Positions 15,820-32,200 of a stretch of DNA of 64,000 nucleotides are shown in pieces. The notes under the pieces were generated by a model. That model ran no database searches, had not been told where the DNA came from, and saw only the letters and a list, made by a program, of their open reading frames with translations. Source of the DNA: the human T2T-CHM13v2.0 reference genome, Homo sapiens; the NCBI RefSeq assembly GCF_009914755.1, contig NC_060946.1, one strand, 5' to 3'. The position numbers and the translations under genes were made by a program. Each line of letters opens with the position of its first letter. Within the stretch, counting starts at the first letter, position 1.

Positions 15820-18800
15820 AAATATGATATTACATCAAATATATATTATATTAGGTACATAAAATATGAAAGCACATCAAATATAGATTATATACTGTAC
15901 ATAAAATATCAAAGTACCCCAAATATATATTATATACTCTACATGAAATATCAAAGTTCACAAACTATATATTATATACTGTACATAAAATATCAAAGTA
16001 CCCAAAGCATGTATTATATACTGTACATAAAATATGAAAGTACATCAAATATATATTTAATTCTGTACATAAAATATCAAAGTACACCAGATATATATTC
16101 TATAGTGTACATAAAATAACAAAGTACACAAACCATAAATTGTATACTGTACATAAAATATGACATTACATCAAATATATATTAGGTACCTAAAATATGA
16201 AAGTACATCAAATATATATTTTATTCTGTACATAAAATATCAAAGTACACCAGATATATATTCTATAGTGTACATAAAATATCAAAGTACCCAAACTATA
16301 CATTATATACTGTAAATAAAATATGAAATTACGTCAAATATAATTTATATTAGGTACATAAAATATGAAAGTACATCAAATATAGATTATATACTGTACA
16401 TTAAATATCAATGTACCCCAAATATATATTTTATACTCTACATGAAATATCAAAGTTCACAAACTATATATTATATACTGTACATAAAATATCAAAGTAC
16501 CCAAGGTATATATTCTATACTGTACAAAAAATATCAAATTACCCAAAGCATGCATTATATACTGTATATAAAATATGAAAGTACATCAAATATATATTTT
16601 ATTCTGTACATAAGATATCAAAGTACACCAGATATATATTCTATAGTGTACATAAAATAACAAATTACAAAAACTATAAATTATATACTGTACATAAAAT
16701 ATGAAATTACATCAAATACATATTAGGTACATAAAATATGAAAGAACATCAAATATAGATTATATACTGTACAAAAGATATCAATGTACCCCAAATATAT
16801 ATTTTATACTCTACATGAAATATCAAAGTTCACAAACCATATATTATATACTGTACATAAAATATCAAAGTACCCAAGGTATATATTCTATACTGTACAA
16901 AAAATATCAAAGTACCCAAAGCATGTATTATATACTGTACATAAAATATCAAAGTATATCAAATATATATTTTATTCTGTACATAAAATATCAAAGTACA
17001 CCAGATATATATTCTATAGTGTACATAAAATATAAAAGTACCCAAACTATACATTATATACTGTAAATAAAATATGAAATTACATCAAATATATTTTATA
17101 TTAGGTACATAAAATATGAAAGTACATCAAATATAGAGTATATACTGTACATTAAATACCAAAGTACCCCAAATATATATTTTATACTGTACATGAAATA
17201 TCAAAGTTCACAAACTATATATTATATACTGTACATATAATATCAAAGTACCCGAGGTATATATTCTATAATGTACAAAAAATAACAAAGTACTAAAAGC
17301 ATGTATTATATACTGTACCTAAAATATGAAAGTACATCAAATATATATTTTATTCTGTACATAAAATATCAAAGTACACCAGATATATATTCTATAGTGT
17401 ACATAAAATATCAAAGTACCCAAACTATACATTATATACTGTACATAAAATATGAAATTACATCAAATATATACTAGGTACATAAAATATGAAAGGACAT
17501 CAAATATAGATTATATACTGTACATAAAATATCAAAGTACCCCAAATATATATTTTATACTCTACATGAAATATCAAAGTTCACAAACTATATATTATAT
17601 ACTGTACATAAAATATCAAAGTACCCAAGGTATATATTCTATACTGCACAAAAAATATCAAAGTACCCAAAGCATGTATAATATACTGTATATAAAATAT
17701 GAAAGTACATCAAATATATATTTTATTCTGTACATAAAATATCAAAGTACACCAGATATATATTCTATAGTGTACATAAAATAACAAAGTACACAAACTA
17801 TAAATTATATACTGTACATAAAATATGAAATTACATCAAATACATATTTGGTACATAAAATATGAAAGTACATCAAATATAGATTATATACTGTACATAA
17901 AATATCAATGTACCCCAAATATATATTTTATACTCTACATGAAATATCAAAGTTCACAAACCATATATTATATACTGTACATAAAATATCAAAGTACCCA
18001 ATGTATATATTCTATACTGTACAAAAAATATCAAAGTACCCAAAGCATGTATTATATACTGTACATAAAATATGAAAGTTCATCAAATATATATTTTATT
18101 CTGTACATAAAATATCAAAGTACACCAGATATATATTCTATAGTGTACATAAAATATCAAAGTACCCAAACTATACATTATATACTGTACTTAAAATATG
18201 AAATTACATCAAATATATATTAGGTACATAAAATATGAAAGTACATCAAATATAGATTATATACTGTACATATAATATCAATGTACCCCAAATATATATT
18301 TTATACTCTACATGAAATATCAAAGTTCACAACCATACATTATATACTGTACATAAAATATCAAAGTACCCAAGGTATATATTCTATACTGTACAAAAAA
18401 TATCAAACTACCCAAAGCATGTATTATATACTGTACATAAAATATGAAAGTACATCAAATATATATTTTATTCTGTACATATAATATCAAAGTACACCAG
18501 ATATGTATTCTATAGTGTACATAAAATATCAAAGTACCCAAACTATACATTATATACTGTACATAAAATACGAAACTACATCAAATATATATTAGGTACA
18601 TAAAATATGAAAGAACATCAAATATAGATTATATACTGTACATAAAATATCAAAGTACCCCAAATATATATTATACACTGTATATGAAATATCAAAGTTC
18701 ACAAACTATATATTATATACTGTACATAAAATATCAAAGTACCCAAGGTATATATTCTATACTGTACAAAAAATATCAAAGTACCCAAAGCATGTATTAT

Positions 18801-21800
18801 ATACTGTACATAAAATATGAAAGTACATCAAATATATATTTTATTCTGTACATAAAATATCAAAGTACACCAGATATATATTCTATAGTGTACATAAAAT
18901 ATCAAAGTACCCAAACTATACATTATATACTGTACATAAAATATGAAATTACATCAAATATATATTATATTAGGTACATAAAATATGAAAGTACATCAAA
19001 TATAGGTTATATACTGTACATTAAATACCAAAGTACCCCAAATATATATTTTATACTGTACATGAAATATCAAAGTTCACAAACTATATATTATATGCTG
19101 TACATATAATGTCAAAGTACCCAAGGTAAATATTCTATACTGTACAAAAAATAACAAAGTACCAAAAGCATGTATTATATACTGTACCTAAAATATGAAA
19201 GTACATCAAATATATATTTTATTCTGTACATAAAATATCAAAGTACACCAGATATATATTCTATAGTGTACATAAAATATCAAAGTATCCAAACTATACA
19301 TTATATACTGTACATAAAATATGAAATTACATCAAATATATATTATATTAGGTACATAAAATATGAAAGTACATCAAATATAGATTATATACTCTACATA
19401 AAATATCAAAGCACCCCAAATATATATTATATACTCTACAGGAAATATCAAAGTTCACACACTATATAGTATATACTGTACATAATATATCAAAGTACCC
19501 AAGGTATATATTCTATACTGTACAAAAAATATCAAAGTACCCAAAGCATGTATTATATACTGTATATAAAATATGAAAGTACGTCAAATATATATTTTAT
19601 ACTGTACATAAAATATCAAAGTACACCAGATATATATTCTATAGTGTTCATAAAATATCAAAGTACCCAAACTATACATTATATACTGTACATAAAATAT
19701 GAAATTACATCAAATATATATTAGGTACATAAAATATGAAAGTACATCAAATATAGATTATATACTGTACATAAAATATCAAAGTACCCCAAATATATAT
19801 TATATACTGTATATGAAATATCAAAGTTCACAAACTATATATTATATACTGTACATAAAATATCAAAGTACCCAAGGTATATATTCTATACTGTACAAAA
19901 AATATGAAAGTACCCAATGCATGTATTATATACTGTACATAAAATATGAAAGTACATCAAATATATATTTTATTCTGTACATAAAATATCAAAGTACACC
20001 AGATATATATTCTATAGTGTACATAAAATATCAAAGTACCCAAACTATACATTATATACTGTACAAAAAATATGAAATTACATCAAATATATATTATATT
20101 AGGTACATAAAATATGAAAGTACATCAAATATAGATTATATACTGTACATAAAATATCAAAGTACCCCAAATATATATTATATACTCTACATGAAATATC
20201 AAAGTTCACAAACTATATATTATATACTGTACATAGAATATCAAAGTACCCAAGGTATATATTCTATACTGCACAAAAAATATCAAAGTACCCAAAGCAT
20301 GTATTATATACTGTATATAAAATATGAAAGTACATCAAATATATATTTTATTCTGTACATAAAATATCAAAGTACACCAGATATATATTCTATAGTGTAC
20401 ATAAAATAACAAAGTACACAAACTATAAATTATATACTGTACATAAAATATGAAATTACATCAAATATATATAAGGTACATAAAATATGAATGTACATCA
20501 AATATAGATTATATACTGTACATAAAATATAAATGTACCCCAAATATATATTTTATACTCTACATGAAATATCAAAGTTCACAAACAATATATTATATAC
20601 TGTACATAAAATATCAAAGTACACAAGGTATATATTCTATACTGTACAAAAAATATCAAAGTACCCAGAGCATGTATTATATACTGTACAGAAAATATGA
20701 AATTACATCAAATATATATTTTATTCTGTACATATAATATCAAAGTACACCAGATATATATTCTATAGTGTACATAAAATATCAAAGTACCCAAACTATA
20801 CATTATATACTGTACATAAAATATGAAATTACATCAAATATATATTATATTAGGTACATAAAATATGAAAGTACATCAAATATAGATTATATACTGTACA
20901 TTAAATACCAAAGTACCACAAATATATATTTTATACTGTACATGAAATATCAAAGTTCACAAACTATATATTATATACTGTACATATAATATCAAAGTAC
21001 CCAAGGTATATATTCTATACTGTACAAAAAATATCAAAGTACCCAAAGCATGTATTATGTACTGTACATAAAATATGAAAGTACATCAAATATATATTTT
21101 ATACTGTACATAAAATATCAAAGTACACCAGATATATATTCTATAGTGTTCATAAAATATCAAAGTACCCAAACTATACATTATATACTGTACATAAAAT
21201 ATGAAATTACATCAAATATATATTAGGTACATAAAATATGAAAGTACATCAAATATAGATTATATACTGTACATAAAATATCAAAGTACCCCAAATATAT
21301 ATTATATACTGTATATGAAATATCAAAGTTCACAAACTATATATTATATACTGTACATAAAATATCAAAGTACCCAAGATATATATTCTATACTGTACAA
21401 AAAATATGAAAGTACCCAAAGCATGTATTATATACTGTACATAAAATATGAAAGTACATCAAATATATATTTTATTCTCTACATAAAATATCAAAGTACA
21501 CCAGATATATATTTTATAGTGTACATAAAATATCAAAGTACCCAAACTATACATTATATACTGTACATAAAATATGAAATTACATCAAATATATATTATA
21601 TTAGGTACATAAAATATGAAAGTACATCAAATATAGATTATATACTGTACATTAAATACCAAAGTACCCCAAATATATATTTTATACTGTACATGAAATA
21701 TCAAAGTTCACAAACTATATATTATATACTGTACATAAAATATTAAAGTACCCAAGGTATATATTCTATACTGTACAAAAAATATCAAAGTACCCAAAGC

Positions 21801-22749
21801 ATGTATTATAAACTGTACATAAAATATGAAAGTACATCAAATATATATTTTATTCTGTACATAAAATATCAAAGTACACCAGATATATATTCTATAGTGT
21901 ACATAAAATATCAAAGTACCCAAACTATACATTATATACTGTACATAAAATATGAAATTACATCAAATATATATATTATATTAGGTACATAAAATATGAA
22001 ATTACATCAAATATAGATTATATACTGTACATAAAATATCAAAGTACCCCAAATATATATAATATACTCTACATGAAATATCAAAGTTCACAAACTATAT
22101 ATTATATACTGTACATAAAATATCAAAGTACCCAAGGTATATATTCTATACTGCACAAAAAATATCAAAGTACCCAAAGCATGTATTATATACTGTACAT
22201 AAAATATGAAAGTACATCAAATATATATTTTATTCTGTACATAAAATATCAAAGTACACCAGATATATATTCTATAGTGTTCATAAAATATCAAAGTACC
22301 CAAACTATACATTATATACTGTACATAAAATATGAAATTACATCAAATATATATTAGGTACATAAAATATGAAAGTACATCAAATATAGATTATATACTC
22401 TACATAAAATATCAATGTACCCCAAATATATATTTTATACTCTACATGAAATATCAAAGTTCACAAACCATATATTATATACTGTACATAAAATATCAAA
22501 GTACCCAAGGTATATATTCTATACTGTACAAAAAATATCAAAGTACCCAAAGCATGTATTATATTCTGTATATAAAATATGAAAGTACATCAAATATATA
22601 TTTCATTCTGTACATAAAATATCAAAGTACACCAGATATATATACTATAGTGTACATAAAATATCAAAGTACCCAAACTATACATTATATACTGTACATA
22701 AAATATGAAATTACATCAAATATATATTAGGTACATAAAATATGAAAGT

Positions 22750-25700
22750 ACATCAAATATAGATTATATACTGTACATAAAATATCAAAGTACCCCAAAT
22801 ATATATTATATACTGTACATGAAATATCAAAGTTCACAAACTATATATTATATACTGTACATAAAATATCAAAGTACCCAAGGTATATATTCTGTACTGT
22901 ACAAAAAATATCAAAGTACCCAAAGCATGTATTATATACTGTATATAAAATATGAAAGTACATCAAATATATATTTTATTCTGTACATAAAATATCAAAG
23001 TACACCAGATATATATTCTATAGTGTACATAAAATGACAAAGTACAAAAACTATAAATTATATACTGTACATAAAATATGAAATTACATCAAATACATAT
23101 TTGGTACATAAAATATGAAAGTACATCAAATATAGATTATATACTGTACATAAAATATCAATGTACCCCAAATATATATTTTATACTCTACATGAAATAT
23201 CAAAGTTCACAAACCATATATTATATACTGTACATAAAATATCAAAGTACCCAATGTATATATTCTATACTGTACAAAAAATATCAAAGTACCCAAAGCA
23301 TGTATTATATACTGTACATAAAATATGAAAGTTCATCAAATATATATTTTATTCTGTACATAAAATATCAAAGTACACCAGATATATATTCTATAGTGTA
23401 CATAAAATATCAAAGTACCAAAACTATACATTATATACTGTACATAAAATATGAAATTACATCAAATATATATTATATTAGGTACATAAAATATGAAAGT
23501 ACATCAAATATAGATTATATACTGTACATTAAATACCAAAGTACCCCAAATATATATTTTATACTGTACATGAAATATCAAAGTTCACAAACTATATATT
23601 ATATACTGTACATAAAATATCAAAGTACCCAAGGTATATATTCTATACTGTACAAAAAATATCAAAGTACCCAAAGCATGTATTATAAACTGTACATAAA
23701 ATATGAAAGTACATCAAATATATATTTTATTCTGTACATAAAATATCAAAGTACACCAGATATATATTCTATAGTGTACATAAAATACCAAAGTACCCAA
23801 ACTATACATTATATACTGTACATAAAATATGAAATTACATCAAATATATATTATATTAGGTACGTAAAATATGAAATTACATCAAATATAGATTATATAC
23901 TGTACATAAAATATCAAAGTACCCCAAATATATATTATATACTCTACATGAAATATCAAATTTCACAAACTATATATTATATACTGTACATAAAATATCA
24001 AAGTACCCAAGGTATATATTCTATACTGCACAAAAAATATCAAAGTACCCAAAGCATGTATTATATACTGTATATAAAATATGAAAGTACATCAAATATA
24101 TATTTTATTCTGTACATAAAATATCAAAGTACACCAGACATATATTCTATAGTGTACATAAAATAACAAAGTACACAAACTATAAATTATATACTGTACA
24201 TAAAATACGAAATTACATCAAATATATATTAGGTACATAAAATATGAAAGTACATCAAATATAGATTATACACTGTACATAAAATATCAATGTACCCCAA
24301 ATATATATTTTATACTCTACATGAAATATCAAAGTTCGCAAACCATATATTATATACTGTACATAAAATATCAAAATACACAAGGTGTATATTCTATACT
24401 GTACAAAAAATATCAAAGTACCCAAAGCATGTATTATATACTGTACATAAAATATGAAAGTACATCAAATATATATTTTATTCTGTACATAAAATATCAA
24501 AGTACACCAGATATATATTCTATAGTGTACATAAAATATCAAAGTACCCAAACTATACATTATACACTGTACATAAAATATGAAATTACGTCAAACATAT
24601 ATTATATTAAGTACATAAAATATGAAAGTACATCAAATATAGATTATATACTGTACATTAAATACCAAAGTACCCCAAATATATATTTTATACTGTACAT
24701 GAAATATCAAAGTTCACAAACTATATATTATATACTGTACATAAATTATCAAAGTACCCAAGGTATATATTCTATACTGTACAAAAAATAACAAAGTACC
24801 AAAAGCATGTATTATATACTGTACCTAAAATATGAAAGTACATCAAATATATATTTTATTCTGTACATAAAATATCAAAGTACACCAGATATATATTCTA
24901 TAGTGTACATAAAATATCAAAGTAACCAAACTATACATTATATACTGTACATAAAATATGAAATTACATCAAATATATATTATATTAGGTACATAAAATA
25001 TGAAAGTACATCAAATATAGATTATATACTCTACATAAAATATCAAAGTACCCCAAATATGTATTATATACTCTACAGGAAATATCAAAGTTCACACACT
25101 ATATATTTTATACTGTACATAAAATATCAAAGTACCCAAGGTATATATTCTATACTGTACAAAAAATATCAAAGTACCCAAAGCACGTATTATATACTGT
25201 ACATAAAATATGAAAGTACATCAAATATATATTTTATTCTGTACATAAAATATCAAAGTACACCAGATATATATTCTATAGTGTACATAAAATATCAAAG
25301 TACCCAAACTATACATTATATACTGTACATAAAATATGAAATTACATCAAATATATATTATATTAGGTACATAAAATATGAAAGTACATCAAATATAGAT
25401 TATATACTGTACATATAATATCAATGTACCCCAAATATATATTTTATACTCTACATGAAATATCAAAGTTCACAACCATACATTATATACTGTACATAAA
25501 ATATCAAAGTACCCAAGGTATATATTCTATACTGTACAAAAAATATCAAAGTACCCAAAGCATGTATTATATACTGTACATAAAATATGAAAGTACATCA
25601 AATATATATTTTATTCTGTACATATAATATCAAAGTACACCAGATATGTATTCTATAGTGTACATAAAATATCAAAGTACCCAAACTATACATTATATAC

Positions 25701-28700
25701 TGTACATAAAATACGAAACTACATCAAATATATATTAGGTACATAAAATATGAAAGAACATCAAATATAGATTATATACTGTACATAAAATATCAAAGTA
25801 CCCCAAATATATATTATATACTCTACAGGAAATATCAAAGTTCACACACTATATATTTTATACTGTACATAAAATATCAAAGTACCCAAGGTATATATTC
25901 TATACTGTACAAAAAATATCAAAGTACCCAAAGCACGTATTATATACTGTACATAAAATATGAAAGTACATCAAATATATATTTTATTCTGTACATAAAA
26001 TATCAAAGTACACCAGATATATATTCTATAGTGTACATAAAATATCAAAGTACCCAAACTATACATTATATACTGTACATAAAATATGAGATTACATCAA
26101 ATTTATATTAGGTACATAAAATATGAAAGTACATCAAATATAGGTTATATACTGTACATAAAATATCAAAGTACCCCAAATATATATTATATACTCTACA
26201 TGAAATATCGAAGTTCACAAACTATATATTATATACTGTACATAAAATATCAAAGTACCCAAGGTATATATTCTGTACTGTACAAAAAATATCAAAGTAC
26301 CCAAAGCATGTATTATATACTGTATATAAAATATGAAAGTACATCAAATATATATTTTATTCTGTACATAAAATATCAAAGTACACCAGATATATATTCT
26401 ATAGTGTACATAAAATAACAAAGTACAAAAACTATAAATTATATACTGTACATAAAATATGAAATTACATCAAATACATATTTGGTACATAAAATATGAA
26501 AGTACATCAAATATAGATTATATACTGTACATAAAATATCAATGTACCCCAAATATATATTTTATACTCTACATGAAATATCAAAGTTCACAAACCATAT
26601 ATTATATACTGTACATAAAATATCAAAGTACCCAATGTATATATTCTATACTGTACAAAAAATATCAAAGTACCCAAAGCATGTATTATATACTGTACAT
26701 AAAATATGAAAGTTCATCAAATATATATTTTATTCTGTACATAAAATATCAAAGTACACCAGATATATATTCTATAGTGTACATAAAATATCAAAGTACC
26801 AAAACTATACATTATATACTGTACATAAAATATGAAATTACATCAAATATATATTAGGTACATAAAATATGAAAGTACATCAAATATAGATTATATACTG
26901 TACATAAAATATCAAAGTACCCCAAATATATATTATATACTGTACATGAAATATCAAAGTACACAAACTATATATTATATACTGTACATAAAATATCAAA
27001 GTACCCAAGGTATATATTCTATACTGTACAAAAGATATCAAAGTACCCAAAGCATGTATTATATACTGTACATAAAATATGAAAGTACATCAAATATATA
27101 TTTTATTCTGTACATGAAATATCAAAGTACACCAGATATATATTCTATAGTGTACATAAAATATCAAAGTACCCAAACTATTTATTATATACTGTACATA
27201 AAATATGAAATTACATCAAATATATATTATATTAGGTACATAAAATATGAAAGTACATCAAATATAGATTATATGCTGTACATTAAATACCAAAGTACCC
27301 CAAATATATATTTTATACTGTATATGAAATATCAAAGTTCACAAACTATATATTATATACTGTACATAAAATATCAAAGTACCCAAGGTATATATTCTAT
27401 ACTGTACAAAAAATATCAAAGTACCCAAAGCATGTATTATAAACTGTACATAAAATATGAAAGTACATCAAATATATATTTTATTCTGTACATAAAATAT
27501 CAAAGTACACCAGATATATATTCTATAGTGTACATAAAATACCAAAGTACCCAAACTATACATTATATACTGTACATAAAATATGAAATTACATCAAATA
27601 TATATTATATTAGGTACGTAAAATATGAAATTACATCAAATATAGATTATATACTGTACATAAAATATCAAAGTACCCCAAATATATATTATATACTCTA
27701 CATGAAATATCAAAGTTCACAAACTATATATTATATACTGTACATAAAATATCAAAGTACCCAAGGTATATATTCTATACTGCACAAAAAATATCAAAGT
27801 ACCCAAAGCATGTATTATATACTGTATATAAAATATGAAAGTACATCAAATATATATTTTATTCTGTACATAAAATATCAAAGTACACCAGATATATATT
27901 CTATAGTGTACATAAAATAACAAAGTACACAAACTATAAATTATATACTGTACATAAAATACGAAATTACATCAAATATATATTAGGTACATAAAATATG
28001 AAAGTACATCAAATATAGATTATAAACTGTACATAAAATATCAATGTACCCCAAATATACATTTTATACTCTACATGAAATATCAAAGTTCACAAACCAT
28101 ATATTATATACTGTACATAAAATATCAAAATACACAAGGTGTATATTCTATACTGTACAAAAAATATCAAAGTACCCAAAGCATGTATTATATACTGTAC
28201 ATAAAATATGAAAGTACATCAAATATATATTTTATTCTGTACATAAAATATCAAAGTACACCAGATATATATTCTATAGTGTACATAAAATATCAAAGTA
28301 CCCAAACTATACATTATATACTGTACATAAAATATGAAATTACATCAAATATATATTATATTAAGTACATAAAATATGAAAGTACATCAAATATAGATTA
28401 TATACTGTACATTAAATACCAAAGTACCCCAAATATATATTTTATACTGTACATGAAATATCAAAGTTCACAAACTATATATTATATACTGTACATAAAT
28501 TATCAAAGTACCCAAGGTATATATTCTATACTGTACAAAAAATAACAAAGTACCAAAAGCATGTATTATATACTGTACCTAAAATATGAAAGTACATCAA
28601 ATATATATTTTATTCTGTACATAAAATATCAAAGTACACCAGATGTATATTCTATAGTGTACATAAAATATCAAAGTATCCAAACTATACATTATATACT

Positions 28701-29090
28701 GTACATAAAATATGAAATTACATCAAATATATATTATATTAGGTACATAAAATATGAAAGTACATCAAATATAGATTATATACTCTACATAAAATATCAA
28801 AGTACCCCAAATATATATTATATACTCTACAGGAAATATCAAAGTTCACACACTATATATTTTATACTGTACATAAAATATCAAAGTACCCAAGGTATAT
28901 ATTCTATACTGTACAAAAAATATCAAAGTACCCAAAGCACGTATTATATACTGTACATAAAATATGAAAGTACATCAAATATATATTTTATTCTGTACAT
29001 AAAATATCAAAGTACACCAGATATATATTCTATAGTGTACATAAAATATCAAAGTACCCAAACTATACATTATATACTGTACATAAAATA
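22750..29090 (+). repeat. Imperfect kb-scale duplication (offsets 3381 then 3754)
   Basis: TCTGTACTG 22891/26272 and ORFs 23078/26459 (+3381). TACGTAAAATATGAAATT 23861/27615 and ORFs 24321/28075 and 24807/28561 (+3754). Confidence 0.78.
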
Positions 29091-29299
29091 TGAGATTACA
29101 TCAAATTTATATTAGGTACATAAAATATGAAAGTACATCAAATATAGGTTATATACTGTACATAAAATATCAAAGTACCCCAAATATATATTATATACTC
29201 TACATGAAATATCGAAGTTCACAAACTATATATTATATACTGTACATAAAATATCAAAGTACCCAAGGTACATATTCTATACTGTACAAAAAATATCAA

Positions 29300-32200
29300 A
29301 GTACCCAAAGCATGTATTATATACTGTATATAAAATATGAAAGTACATCAAATATATATTTTATACTGTACATAAAATATCAAAGTACACCAGATATATA
29401 TTCTATAGTGTTCATAAAATATCAAAGTACCCAAACTATACATTATATACTGTACATAAAATATGAAATTACATCAAATATATATTAGGTACATAAAATA
29501 TGAAAGTACATCAAATATAGATTATATACTGTACATAAAATATCAAAGTACCCCAAATATATATTATATACTGTATATGAAATATCAAAGTTCACAAACT
29601 TTATATTATATACTGTACATAAAATATCAAAGTACCCAAGGTATATATTCTATACTGTACAAAAAATATGAAAGTACCCAATGCATGTATTATATACTGT
29701 ACATAAAATATGAATGTACATCAAATATATATTTTATTCTGTACATAAAATATCAAAGTACACCAGATATATATTCTATAGTGTACATAAAATATAAAAC
29801 TACCCAAACTATACATTATATACTGTACATAATATATGAAATTACATCAAATATATATTATATTAGGTACATAAAATATGAAAGTACATCAAATATAGAT
29901 TATATACTGTACATTAAATACCAAAGTACCCCAAATATATATTTTATACTGTACATGAAATATCAAAGTTCACAAACTATATATTATATACTGTACATAA
30001 AATATCAAAGTACCCAAGGTATATATTCTATACTGCACAAAAAATATCAAAGTACCCAAAGCATGTATTATATACTGTATATAAAATATGAAAGTACATC
30101 AAATATATATTTTATTCTGTACATAAAATATCAAAGTACACCAGATATATATTCTATAGTGTACATAAAATAACAAAGTACACAAACTATAAATTATATA
30201 CTGTACATAAAATATGAAATTACATCAAATATATATTAGGTACATAAAATATGAAAGTACATCAAATATAGATTATATACTGTACATAAAATATCAATGT
30301 ACCCCAAATATATATTTTATACTCTACATGAAATATCAAAGTTCACAAACCATATATTATATACTGTACATAAAATATCAAAGTACACAAGGTATATATT
30401 CTATACTGTACAAAAAATATCAAAGTACCCAAAGCATGTATTATATACTGTACATAAAATATGAAAGTACATCAAATATATATTTTATTCTGTACATATA
30501 ATATCAAAGTACACCAGATATATATTCTATAGTGTACATAAAATATCAAAGTACCCAAACTATACATTATATACTGTACATAAAATATGAAATTACATCA
30601 AATATATATTATATTAGGTACATAAAATATGAAAGTACATCAAATATAGATTATATACTGTACATAAAATATCAAAGTACCCCAAATATATATTATATAC
30701 TGTATATGAAATATCAAAGTTCACAAACTATATATGATATACTGTACATAAAATATCAAAGTACCCAAGGTATATATTCTATACTGTACAAAAAATATCA
30801 AAGTACCCAAAGCATGTATTATATACTGTACATAAAATATGAAAGTACATCAAATATATATTTTATTCTGTACATAAAATATCAAAGTACACCAGATATA
30901 TATTCTATAGTGTACATAAAATATCAAAGTAACCAAACTATACATTATATACTGTACATAAAATATGAAATTACATCAAATATATTTTATATTAGGTACA
31001 TAAAATATGAAAGTACATCAAATATATATTTTATTCTGTACATAAAATATCAAAGTACACCAGATATATATTCTATAGTGTGCGTAAAATATCAAAGTAC
31101 CCAAACTATACATTATATACTGTAAATAAAATATGAAATTACATCAAATATATTTTATATTAGGTACATAAAATATGAAAGTACATCAAATATAGATTAT
31201 ATACTGTACATTAAATACCAAAGTACCCCAAATATATATTTTATACTGTACATGAAATATCAAATTTCACAAACTATATGTTATATACTGTACATATAAT
31301 ACCAAAGTACCCAAGGTATATATTCTATACTGTACAAAAAATAACAAAGTACCAAAAGCATGTATTATATACTGTACCTAAAATATGAAAGTACATCAAA
31401 TATATATTTTATTCTGTACATAAAATATCAAAGTACACCAGATATATATTCTATAGTGTACATAAAATATCAAAGTACCCAAACTATACATTATATACTG
31501 TACATAAAATATGAAATTACATCAAATATATATTATATTAGGTACATAAAATATGAAAGTACATCAAATATAGATTATATACTGTACATAAAATATCAAA
31601 GTACCCCAAATATATATTATATACTCTAAAGGAAATATCAAAGTTCACACACTATATATTATATACTGTACATAAAATATCAAAGTACCCAAGGTATATA
31701 TTCTATACTGTACAAAAAATATCAAAGTACCCAAAGCATGTATTATATACTGTATATAAAATATGAAAGTACATCAAATATATATTTTATACTGTACATA
31801 AAATATCAAAGTACACCAGATATATATTCTATAGTGTTCATAAAATATCAAAGTACCCAAACTATACATTATATACTGTACATAAAATATGAAATTACAT
31901 CAAATATATATTAGGTACATAAAATATGAAAGTACATCAAATATAGATTATATACTGTACATAAAATATCAAAGTACCCCAAATATATATTATATACTGT
32001 ATATGAAATATCAAAGTTCACAAACTTTATATTATATACTGTACATAAAATATCAAAGTACCCAAGGTATATATTCTATACTGTACAAAAAATATGAAAG
32101 TACCCAATGCATGTATTATATACTTTACATAAAATATGAAAGTACATCAAATATATATTTTATTCTGTACATAAAATATCAAAGTACACCAGATATATAT

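Noticed and set aside
21961-21990. 2-bp TA insertion in monomer A, and other single 1-bp indels in A-runs (e.g. ~100, ~1180, ~4228)
   Set aside because: Singleton slippage events or sequencing errors in homopolymer/dinucleotide runs, with no further structure.
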